Source: Terrimicrobiaceae bacterium
GTDB lineage: Bacteria > Verrucomicrobiota > Verrucomicrobiia > Chthoniobacterales > Terrimicrobiaceae
Length of the DNA stretch: 64,000 bases
Direction: 5' to 3'
Assembly: GCA_041752695.1 (NCBI GenBank)
Contig: JBGSVZ010000009.1
Coordinates: 64,001 to 128,000, forward strand
In this document: positions 48,367 to 56,546 of the stretch, piece after piece
Layout: every line of letters begins with the position of its first letter
Numbering within the stretch: position 1 is the stretch's first letter
Made by a program: the position numbers and the translations under genes
Notes under the pieces: model-generated
Told to the model about the DNA's origin: nothing
The model's database searches: none
Seen by the model: the letters and a program-made list of their open reading frames with translations, nothing else

Positions 48367-48966
48367 TTAGTCGTCCCAGCCTTTCCCGTAGTCCTTGATG
48401 GGAAATTCCTTCCATAGCCTCTCCACTTCAGCGCGGCCGGATTTTTCCAGAAAACCCGCCGAGCTCGAAAAAGGCCAATCCTGCCACTTTTTCACCCACC
48501 CGTGTTTCACGGGATTGTGATGGATGTAATTGAGCGTCGCCCAGAAATGCCGCTCGGACTTCATCGCCGTCTCCGCGGCCCCGCACCAAACCTTTCGGCC
48601 TCGCAGACCGTCCTCGCCATTCCAACGAAAAGAGGTCCGTCCGTGCAGTCTTGCCAAAGCACGAAGAACGACCAACGGATCTTCAGTCGTCGCAAGAAAA
48701 TGGTAATGATTCGGGAGAACCACCCAGGCGTGAACGTCCTTGGTGCTATCCTCGACCACGGAAAGCAAGTGATCCTCAAACTCCGCAAGTCGTTGCCTCG
48801 ACGCCCCAATGACCGGCTGATGCTCAAAACACGCCGCCGTGAAAAGGTAACGCTCCGTCCGGTCGCTCCGCCAGTGCGGCGGGCTGTGCCAGGGCCTCTT
48901 CTGCAATTTGCGCTGCGCCAGCATATCGCGACGCAACGTTTCCGACATTTGACGCCAAGCATACAT
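48367..48966 (-). mobile_element. rayT: REP-associated tyrosine transposase (RAYT / TnpA-REP, Y1 HUH)
   Basis: YLFTA, AWVVLPNHYH (HUH), catalytic YIHHNPVKHG, DWPFSS; flanked on both sides by REP doublets. Confidence 0.9.
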
Positions 48967-49036
48967 GTTGGAGTTCACGCTTTAGCGTGTCCCCCGCCCG
49001 CCGAACAGTCCCACCTACGCGGGACTGGACTCCAAC
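48967..49036. repeat. GTTGGAG-family REP doublet (copy E), abutting the RAYT ATG and supplying the alaS stop
   Basis: GTTGGAGTT-CACGCT-TT-AGCGTG ... CAGTCCCAC-CTAC-GCGGGACTG-GACTCCAAC; 70 bp; direct repeat of copy C. Confidence 0.92.
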
Positions 49037-51852
49037 GCGCTGCGCGCCTTGGCCAGCGCTTCGGAGATCTTCGTCACATCGGTGCCACCGCCTTGCGCGG
49101 AATCCGGGCGTCCGCCGCCCTTACCGCCAACGAGCGGGGCAATCTCCTGGATGAGCTTGCCGGCCTGGAATTTCGCCGTGAGGTCCTTGGGCACGCTGGC
49201 GATCAACGCCACACGGCCGTTGGCGGCACCCGCGAGGAAGATGGGCCCGGCGTATTTCGGGCGGAGGAGCTCCACGATGGCTTGAAGAAGCTTGCCATCG
49301 GCGTCGGGAATTTCCGCGACACAAAAGCCGGGATGCGCTTCAGCGAGTTCATTTGCCACGGTGAGCGCGCGGGTCTTGAGTTCGGCCTCGGCGGCTTTGG
49401 CGTTTTGTTTTTCCCACTCCCGCACTTCGGCATCGAGCTTCTCGAGTTGCGCGGCGCGGGCCTCCAGGGAAGCAAGGATCGTGGAATCGGTCGCGAGATT
49501 AGGCAACGCGGCCAGACCTGACTTTTTGCGTGCGAGGGTTTCAAAACGTTCGTCGTGACGGACCGCTTCCTGTTTGGCCCATTCGGAAACTGCCCCGCCC
49601 GCCACCGCTTCAATGCGGCGCACGCCCGCGGCAATCGCGCCTTCGGAAACGATTTTGAAATACCCAATGTCACCCGTCGTCCGGGTGTGCGTGCCCGCGC
49701 AAAGTTCCATGGAATATCCGTCCAGTTGACCCGGGGTGCCGCCGATTTGGACGACCCGAACGGTCTCACCGTATTTGTCGCCGAAGAACTGCATGATGTC
49801 CGCGCGGCCGCGAACGTCGGCATAAGCGAGTTCCGTCCAGGACACCGGCGCGTTTTCCGCGATCCGTTCGTTGACGAGCTTTTCGATGCCTTTCACTTGC
49901 TCCGCCGTGAGCGGGGCGCAATTAAAGTCGAAGGTCAGCTTTTCCGGTCCGACGAAGGAACCCTTCTGCGTGGCTTCCGGAGAGACAACTTCATGCAAGG
50001 CCCAGTGAAGCAAATGCGTGACGGAATGATGGCGTTGAATGGCTTCACGGCGGGGGAGTTCGACAGAAAGGGTCACGGAGGAGCCGATTTCCGGAGCATC
50101 GTCCGAGGAGAGAAAATGCAGCCAAGTCTGACCGACTTTCTGAGTATTAGCGATCCGCCACGTCTGACCCGACCCGGACAGTTCGCCGGAGTCGCCCACT
50201 TGCCCGCCCATTTCGGCGTAGCAAACACTCGTGTCGAGAACGACAGCTGTCTGTTGGAGTCCAGCCTTTAGGCTGTCCGGGGAACAGGCTGAAGCCTGAA
50301 CTCCAACGGCCTTCTTGAGACTGACGACCTCGAGAACCTTCGCAGGCGTCGCAAAGGAGTCGTATCCGACAAAGCTCGTCGGCTCCTTGGTCCCGACTTC
50401 GGAAAGTTCGATCACGGTCTTCTTCTGCGCGGCGCGGGCACGGGCGCGTTGTTCGTCCATGAGCTTTTCGAAGCCGGCTGTATCAACGGTGAGGCCGCGT
50501 TCGCGAGCCATCAGCTCGGTGAGGTCGAGGGGAAATCCCTGTTCGTCATAGAGCCGAAAGGCTAATTCCCCCGAGATGCGTCCCTGCTTGGCGGACTCGG
50601 TGGAAAACAGCTCAATCCCCTTGTCCAGCGTCCGGTTAAACGCCTCTTCCTCGCGCTTGAGCGTCTCCTCAACGAGCTTTTGCTTCGCCCGGATCTCCGG
50701 AAACACATCGCCCATCTCGCGCGCCAGCACGGGGCCGAGTTTGTAGAAAAACGGCTCCTGAAATCCCAGCGCCCGCCCATAACGCACGGCGCGGCGAAGG
50801 ATGCGGCGGAGGACGTAGTTGCGGTCGGAGTTGCCGGGCTGGATGCCATCGGCCACGGCAAAGCTCAGTGTGCGGATATGGTCGGCAATGACCCGGAAGG
50901 CCACGTCGATTTTTTCCTGGTCGGTGTCCCCCGTGCTCCCGCTGACCGGCAGCGTGCTGCCGTATTTTTTGCCGCTGAGTTTTTCGATCTCGTCGAAGAT
51001 CGGACGGAAAATATCGGTCTCGTAGTTCGAGATTTTCGCGGTGGCGAAGTCCGTGAAATTTTTTGTGCCCTGAATGATCGAAGTCACGCGCTCGAAGCCC
51101 ATGCCGGTATCGACGTGCTGGGCCGGAAGGGGCGAAAATGTCCCGTCGGGGTTGGCGTTGAACTGGATGAACACGAGGTTCCAGATCTCAATGCAGCGGG
51201 CGTCGCCGACATTGACCAGCGAACCCTTGGTGTCCCCGGCAGGCGTGAGGTCCACGTGGAGTTCCGAGCAAGGTCCGCAGGGACCGGTGTCGCCCATCAT
51301 CCAGAAATTGTCCTTTTTGTTGCCGTTGACGATATGAACCGCCGGATCAAGGCCCTTGGCGCGGAACTTTTCCGCCCAATACCCCCAGGCTTCCTCGTCG
51401 CGCTCGGAGGGATCGCCGGCGGATTTATCGGGGTTGTAGATCGTGGCGTAGAGCCGGTTGGCCGGGAACCCCCAGCGTTCGATCACCAGTTCCCATGCCC
51501 AGTCGATGGCTTCCTTTTTGAAGTAGTCCCCGAAGCTCCAGTTGCCGAGCATCTCGAAAAGCGTGTGGTGATAGGTGTCGAGTCCGACATCATCGAGGTC
51601 GTTGTGTTTGCCGCCGGCGCGGATGCATTTCTGGGTGTCCGCGGCGCGCGTGTCGCTACCGGGGACGGCTCCCGCCCATTTGGAAACATCCGCCTTGCGC
51701 TCGCCGAGGAAGATGGGGACGAACTGGTTCATCCCGGCGTTCGTAAACAGGAGGTTCGGGCTGTCGGGCATGAGGCTCGAACTGGGCACGACGGTGTGTC
51801 CTTTCCCATGGAAAAAATCGAGAAAACTTTGGCGGATTTGGGCGGATGTCAT
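49015..51852 (-). CDS. alaS: alanyl-tRNA synthetase
   Basis: LLFTNAGMNQF, QKCIRAGGKHND, EMLGNWSFGDYFK, GPCGPCSE, DTGMGFER, editing HSVTH/CAGTH, GGKGGG. Confidence 0.98.
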   Translation of the reverse strand: MTSAQIRQSFLDFFHGKGHTVVPSSSLMPDSPNLLFTNAGMNQFVPIFLGERKADVSKWAGAVPGSDTRAADTQKCIRAGGKHNDLDDVGLDTYHHTLFEMLGNWSFGDYFKKEAIDWAWELVIERWGFPANRLYATIYNPDKSAGDPSERDEEAWGYWAEKFRAKGLDPAVHIVNGNKKDNFWMMGDTGPCGPCSELHVDLTPAGDTKGSLVNVGDARCIEIWNLVFIQFNANPDGTFSPLPAQHVDTGMGFERVTSIIQGTKNFTDFATAKISNYETDIFRPIFDEIEKLSGKKYGSTLPVSGSTGDTDQEKIDVAFRVIADHIRTLSFAVADGIQPGNSDRNYVLRRILRRAVRYGRALGFQEPFFYKLGPVLAREMGDVFPEIRAKQKLVEETLKREEEAFNRTLDKGIELFSTESAKQGRISGELAFRLYDEQGFPLDLTELMARERGLTVDTAGFEKLMDEQRARARAAQKKTVIELSEVGTKEPTSFVGYDSFATPAKVLEVVSLKKAVGVQASACSPDSLKAGLQQTAVVLDTSVCYAEMGGQVGDSGELSGSGQTWRIANTQKVGQTWLHFLSSDDAPEIGSSVTLSVELPRREAIQRHHSVTHLLHWALHEVVSPEATQKGSFVGPEKLTFDFNCAPLTAEQVKGIEKLVNERIAENAPVSWTELAYADVRGRADIMQFFGDKYGETVRVVQIGGTPGQLDGYSMELCAGTHTRTTGDIGYFKIVSEGAIAAGVRRIEAVAGGAVSEWAKQEAVRHDERFETLARKKSGLAALPNLATDSTILASLEARAAQLEKLDAEVREWEKQNAKAAEAELKTRALTVANELAEAHPGFCVAEIPDADGKLLQAIVELLRPKYAGPIFLAGAANGRVALIASVPKDLTAKFQAGKLIQEIAPLVGGKGGGRPDSAQGGGTDVTKISEALAKARSALESSPA
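50253..50307. repeat. GTTGGAG-family REP doublet (copy F), in-frame inside alaS
   Basis: GTTGGAGTC-CAGCCT-TT-AGGCTG ... CAGGCT-GA-AGCCTG-AACTCCAAC; translated as VGVQASACSPDSLKAGLQQ. Confidence 0.92.
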
Positions 51853-51990
51853 GGCGCAGAAAACGAAAAGGGCAACAGCCTACGCAAGCGGCGGCAAAGG
51901 TAAAGCGTGAGGAAGCGGGGCCTTCGGGGTCCATTTCCGGGTTGCGCAAAAAGCGCGCCTCGCCGTTACTGCACGACGCCGCTCACCGCC

Positions 51991-52932
51991 ATGCGTGATT
52001 TTTTCCAGAAGCTCGACCACGCCTTGCAGGAGGGAGCGGTCACCCTTGCCTCGGTCGTGAAAGCCCGCGGGTCCACGCCGCGCCTCGCCGGGGCGCGGAT
52101 GTTTGTGGCGGACACCGGCCCGGCGGTGGGAACGATCGGCGGGGGGATGACGGAGGGCCGGGTTTTGCTTCTGGCCCGGGAAACCCTGAACGACGGCCGG
52201 CCGCGACTTTTTGAAGCCGACCTGCGAGGCCGGCCGGGGGAAGTGCGCGACGGAATCTGCGGAGGCACGATGACCCTCTGGCTCACCCGGCTCACCCGGC
52301 AGAATGCCGGTGATGTCGTGAGCGCCACATGGGCCGCTTTGGATTCGGGAAAAAAAGTGGCGATTTGCACGAGTCTCGACGAGGCCCAGCCTGTCTCCCT
52401 CGAGATTGTCGGTGCGGGCCACTTTGTCGAAACCCTCACTCCCGACCCGCATCTTCTGGTCGTCGGAGCAGGCCACATCGGGCGTTGCCTCGCTAAATTG
52501 GCGCGACAATTGGGGTTCCAGGTTTCCGTCCAGGATGAGCGCGCCGAATGGCTGGAGAGCACGGCGTTTCCCCCGGATTGCCGCTTGGAAACGGACCTGC
52601 CGCAGGCGGTGGAAACCGTGCGGGGATGGGAAGGTGGGCGCTACGCGGCGCTGGTGACCCGCGGATTCCCCCAGGATCTCGAGGCCCTGGCCATCCTCGG
52701 TCGGAGCGGGGATTTTGACTACGTCGGACTGCTGGGCAGCCGAAAGCGGGTGCAAACGGTCCTGGAAGCGCATTCCGCAACGAGCGCGTCCGATTTTCCC
52801 GCCGGTGTGCTGCACGCGCCCGTGGGGCTGGAAATTGGGGCCGAAACGCCCGACGAAATCGCCGTGAGCATTGCCGCCGAAATGATCGGGGTGCGACGGC
52901 GCCATCAACGGCCGTTGGAGTCCAAGCTTTAG
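51991..52932 (+). CDS. XdhC/CoxI family molybdo-hydroxylase accessory protein
   Basis: GSTPR..GARM, GTIGGG..E, ICGG, GAGHIG, YVGLLGSR, PVGLEIGAETPDEIAVSI. Confidence 0.9.
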   Translation: MRDFFQKLDHALQEGAVTLASVVKARGSTPRLAGARMFVADTGPAVGTIGGGMTEGRVLLLARETLNDGRPRLFEADLRGRPGEVRDGICGGTMTLWLTRLTRQNAGDVVSATWAALDSGKKVAICTSLDEAQPVSLEIVGAGHFVETLTPDPHLLVVGAGHIGRCLAKLARQLGFQVSVQDERAEWLESTAFPPDCRLETDLPQAVETVRGWEGGRYAALVTRGFPQDLEALAILGRSGDFDYVGLLGSRKRVQTVLEAHSATSASDFPAGVLHAPVGLEIGAETPDEIAVSIAAEMIGVRRRHQRPLESKL

Positions 52933-52972
52933 CTTGTGCCGGAGGGGAACAGCCTGAAGGCTGGACTCCAAC
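52914..52972. repeat. GTTGGAG-family REP doublet (copy G), supplies the xdhC-like stop
   Basis: GTTGGAGTC-CAAGCT-TT-AGCTTG ... CAGCCT-GA-AGGCTG-GACTCCAAC. Confidence 0.9.
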
Positions 52973-52986
52973 ACCTTCCGCCCGTC

Positions 52987-53592
52987 GTGCCATCGAACCT
53001 CCACGCCATCATTCTAGCGGCCGGTGCCTCGGATCGTATGGGGCGCGACAAAGCCGCCCTGCCGTGGCTCGACGAATCCCTGCTCCTGCCCTGGATGGTC
53101 AACGCTCTTAGCAGTGCAGGCTGGCAGCCGAAGGTGGTCTTGGGTCCGCACACCGAACCGTTCTGGCGCGATCGACTGCCGGGGGGTTCCCTCTGCCTCA
53201 ATCCCCGGCCGGAACTCGGAAAAATCACGTCCGTCCAGACCGGACTGCGCGCCATCCCTCCGGATGCCCGCGCGATTCTCATCACGGCCGTCGATCAACC
53301 CCGTCCGCCCGCCCTCTACCGTCAACTCGCACGTCTGGCCGGAACCAGTGCTGTCCTCGTGCCGGACCATGCCGGACACCGCGGGCATCCGGTCGTGCTT
53401 TCCGCGGATTTCCGGGACGAACTGGCCACCCTGAGCGAACAGAGCCTCGGGCTTCGCGGGTTTCTTGACGAGCACCGCACCGACACCACCTTGGTGCCCT
53501 GCCCGCAGGATTGGCTGCGCTGGGATTTCAACACGCCCGACGCCTATCACGAGGCCCTGGCGTGGTTCCGCTCCGATCAGAGCGCCCCATAA
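52987..53592 (+). CDS. MocA/MobA-like nucleotidyltransferase
   Basis: IILAAGASDRMGRDKA, VDQP, GHPV, DFNTPDAY; start uncertain (GTG 52987 chosen, outside the REP). Confidence 0.85.
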   Translation: MPSNLHAIILAAGASDRMGRDKAALPWLDESLLLPWMVNALSSAGWQPKVVLGPHTEPFWRDRLPGGSLCLNPRPELGKITSVQTGLRAIPPDARAILITAVDQPRPPALYRQLARLAGTSAVLVPDHAGHRGHPVVLSADFRDELATLSEQSLGLRGFLDEHRTDTTLVPCPQDWLRWDFNTPDAYHEALAWFRSDQSAP

Positions 53593-54737
53593 AGCGCCTG
53601 CACCAAGGAAACCGCGCGAGCCTTGGGCAGCACGCCGGTTTCCATCTGATTCATCACGTAGGCGAAACCCAGACCGTTCTCGGGATCGGCAAAGGCCAGG
53701 CTGCCGCCCGCGCCCGGGTGGCCAAAGGCCCGGACAGACGGGCCGAACATGCAGCGCTTTTTCCGTCCGTCCGCCGCCACCGGATCCAACATAAATCCGG
53801 CCGAAAACGCCGTCTCGGTGCGCAGGGTTTTGTCCAGCCCCTGGGCCAGCGGTGTCGTCATCCACGCGATCGCCTGTTCCGAAAAATAGCGTCGGCCATC
53901 AAACTCGCCACCCGCGGCAAGCATGGCATAAAATTTCGCCAGCGCGGTCGCGCTCCCGATGCCACCGAGGGAGGGCAGGCTCGCGCTCCGCACGGCGGGA
54001 GCGTTCATCGCGGTGGCTCCCAGCGGGCCGGCTGGCGCGGAAAATGCCGCCCGGGTGAGCGAGGCCGGATCCGCCAAGGCGCGGGTAAAATCCTCCTCGG
54101 CATCCCCTGCGCCTGCGCGGGCCGCAATCATCTGCGCGACCCGGGAATGTTTCGCCTCGGGCAGGCCGATCCAAAGATCCAATCCGAGCGGCTCGCCAAA
54201 CTGCGCCCGCCAGTAATCGCCCAGCGTCTGATTCGTCAGACGGCGGACAATTTCATCCGCGAGAAACCCGTAGGTGCGCGGACCATAACCATGCCCGCCC
54301 GCCGCCTCCCAAAGCGGCGCCTGTTTTTCCATGGCGGCCACCACGGCATCGTGGTCCAAAAGGTTCGCCGTCTTGTCGTCCAGGGCGGCCAATCCCGCCC
54401 GATGCGAAAGAACCTCCCCCGCCGTCACAAACTCCTTTCCACCCTGCGCAAATCCCGGCCAGAAATCCGCGACCCGCACCGTCAGATCCAGCCCGGACGC
54501 CTCCAGGGCGTGCAGGACACAGGCGCTGGAAAGCCCTTTGGTGGCCGACCAAACCAGCACCATGGTGTCCGGGGTCCAGGGCACCGAACGCGCCGCATCC
54601 CGCCACCCCCGGCAAAAACAGCGCACCTCGCGTCCCTCCTGCCAGAAGGCAACCGACGCCCCGACTTCGCGCCCGGTGTCGAAATTTCGCTTGAAAGCCT
54701 CCTCCAGCCGCGCGACGGCTTCCGCCCCGACAATCAC
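53577..54737 (-). CDS. serine hydrolase / esterase (beta-lactamase family)
   Basis: WSATKG, LSHRAGL, HGY, FGHPGAGGS; GTG start overlaps the upstream stop. Confidence 0.85.
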   Translation of the reverse strand: MIVGAEAVARLEEAFKRNFDTGREVGASVAFWQEGREVRCFCRGWRDAARSVPWTPDTMVLVWSATKGLSSACVLHALEASGLDLTVRVADFWPGFAQGGKEFVTAGEVLSHRAGLAALDDKTANLLDHDAVVAAMEKQAPLWEAAGGHGYGPRTYGFLADEIVRRLTNQTLGDYWRAQFGEPLGLDLWIGLPEAKHSRVAQMIAARAGAGDAEEDFTRALADPASLTRAAFSAPAGPLGATAMNAPAVRSASLPSLGGIGSATALAKFYAMLAAGGEFDGRRYFSEQAIAWMTTPLAQGLDKTLRTETAFSAGFMLDPVAADGRKKRCMFGPSVRAFGHPGAGGSLAFADPENGLGFAYVMNQMETGVLPKARAVSLVQALYGAL

Positions 54738-55207
54738 TTGCCGAGCAGATCCTTCACGGACTTGAGATCGGGATCGTATTTCGCCAGCTCGCGGAATTTT
54801 TTGTCCAACTGAAAACTTGCCTCCAAATGTTGGCTGGCCTCGTCGAGGTTGCCGAGCACCGCATTGTAACACCCCAGGTTATAATGATAGGTCGGTTCGC
54901 TCAGCAGGCAGGCGGGACCGGCAAGAAGCAAGTTTTTCGCATCGAGCGTCCGCCCGATTTCGTGCAAACAAAACGCCCCGTGAATATACCCGGTGGTGCA
55001 TTCCGGCCGTTCCCTCCGCAGACGCGCGCAGACATCAAGGGCTTCGTCCCATCGCCGGGAATGCATAAACACAAAAAGCCGCATCTGCTGCACTTCCTCG
55101 CGGGCCAGGTCTTCCGCCGACAACCCGTCGATCTCACGCAGCGCCTCATCCGGCATCTCCAACTCGATGTACCCCTGCGCCGCCACCAGCGAACGTTCCA
55201 ATGACAT
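54734..55207 (-). CDS. TPR repeat protein
   Basis: YHYNLGCYNAVLG..EA..HLE.SF and AKYDPDL TPR-cap pattern. Confidence 0.75.
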   Translation of the reverse strand: MSLERSLVAAQGYIELEMPDEALREIDGLSAEDLAREEVQQMRLFVFMHSRRWDEALDVCARLRRERPECTTGYIHGAFCLHEIGRTLDAKNLLLAGPACLLSEPTYHYNLGCYNAVLGNLDEASQHLEASFQLDKKFRELAKYDPDLKSVKDLLGK

Positions 55208-55258
55208 CCGTGCCAGATAAGACCAAAATGCGCCGGTTGCAATCCCGGATCAAAAAAC

Positions 55259-56329
55259 TCAGGCGACCGTGATTTTTTCGGAAAGATAAACGTCCTGGAT
55301 GGTGTTGAGCAGCTTGATGCCGTCGGCCATCGGACGCTGGAACGCCTTGCGTCCAGAAATGAGCCCCGTGCCGCCCGCGCGTTTGTTGACCACGGCCGTG
55401 AAGGCCGCATCCGCAAAATCATGCGCCCCGCTCGCGCCGCCGGAGTTGATCAACCCGGCCCGGCCCATGTAGCAATTCGCCACCTGATAGCGGCAGAGAT
55501 CGATCGGGTGGTCGGTGGTCAGTTCGGTGTAAATGCGTTCGTCGAGTTTGCCGTAGCTGGACCCGCCCGTATTGAGCGCCTTGAAGCCACCGTTGTTCTC
55601 GGGGAGCTTTTGTTTAATGATGTCCGCCTGGATCGTGACGCCGAGGTGATTCGCCTGACCCGTGAGGTCGGCGGAGACATGATAATCCTTGTCGCCCTTG
55701 ATGTTGAACGCGCTGTTGCGCAGGTAACACCACAGGACGGTTGCCATGCCGAGTTCGTGCGCGAGCGCAAAGGCCTCGGCGATTTCGACGATCTCGCGGC
55801 CCGCATCATCGGACCCAAAATAAATCGTCGCCCCCACCGCCGCCGCGCCAAGATTGTAGGCATCCTTCACCGTGCCAAAGAGGATTTCCTTATGCTGGTT
55901 CGGGTAGGTGAGCAGCTCGTTATGGTTAATTTTAACGAGGAAGGGAATTTTGTGCGCGTATTTGCGGGAAACCGAGGCCAGCACGCCGAAGGTCGAGGCG
56001 ACGGAATTGCACCCGCCTTCGATCGCCAGTTTGACGATGTTCTCGGAATCAAAATAGATCGGATTTTTCGCGAAGCTGGCACCGGCGGAATGCTCGATGC
56101 CCTGATCGACTGGCAGAATGGAAACATACCCCGTGCCCGCCAGGCGGCCGGTGTTGTAGATCCAATGCAGGTTGTTCAACACGCGCTGATTGCGATTCGT
56201 CTGCGCGAAAATCCGGTCCACAAAATCGGGCCCAGGCAGGTGCAGCAGATCCTTGGAGATCGTCTTGCATTCGTGATTGAGAAGGGAATCGGCTTTGTCG
56301 CCGAGGAGGGAGAGGATGGAGTCGTTCAT
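55259..56329 (-). CDS. fbaB: class I fructose-bisphosphate aldolase (DhnA/FbaB type)
   Basis: [29 protein letters not shown] Schiff-base Lys, ISGRKAFQ. Confidence 0.93.
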   Translation of the reverse strand: MNDSILSLLGDKADSLLNHECKTISKDLLHLPGPDFVDRIFAQTNRNQRVLNNLHWIYNTGRLAGTGYVSILPVDQGIEHSAGASFAKNPIYFDSENIVKLAIEGGCNSVASTFGVLASVSRKYAHKIPFLVKINHNELLTYPNQHKEILFGTVKDAYNLGAAAVGATIYFGSDDAGREIVEIAEAFALAHELGMATVLWCYLRNSAFNIKGDKDYHVSADLTGQANHLGVTIQADIIKQKLPENNGGFKALNTGGSSYGKLDERIYTELTTDHPIDLCRYQVANCYMGRAGLINSGGASGAHDFADAAFTAVVNKRAGGTGLISGRKAFQRPMADGIKLLNTIQDVYLSEKITVA

Positions 56330-56499
56330 GGCGTGAAGCGGGTGAACGTCCCGTTTAGGCCGAGCAAGGGCGGTTGTCGAGTCCAGCTTCGACAAGAGAC
56401 GTTTTCCCGCTCGGGAATGAATCGAAGGAATGGACAAAACCGCAGTCATTTATTCCCAAACGGGGAGTATTGCCGGCATTCCCGACTGCCCCGAGCCCT

Positions 56500-56535
56500 A
56501 TAAACAAATCTCCGGCCCGGTTCCCCGGGCCGGAG
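56500..56535 (-). terminator. intrinsic terminator after fbaA
   Basis: Perfect 11-bp stem CTCCGGCCCGG-TTCC-CCGGGCCGGAG followed on the minus strand by ATTTGTTTAT. Confidence 0.7.
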
Positions 56536-56546
56536 GCCGCAAAAGA

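Noticed and set aside
48367..48966. IS200/IS605 insertion sequence
   Set aside because: No tnpB; the YIHxNPV and WPFSS motifs plus multi-copy flanking REP doublets fit a RAYT better.
47126..52972. Possible CRISPR array from recurring palindromic repeats
   Set aside because: Copies are inverted doublets separated by whole genes, not regular repeat-spacer units, and no cas genes are present.
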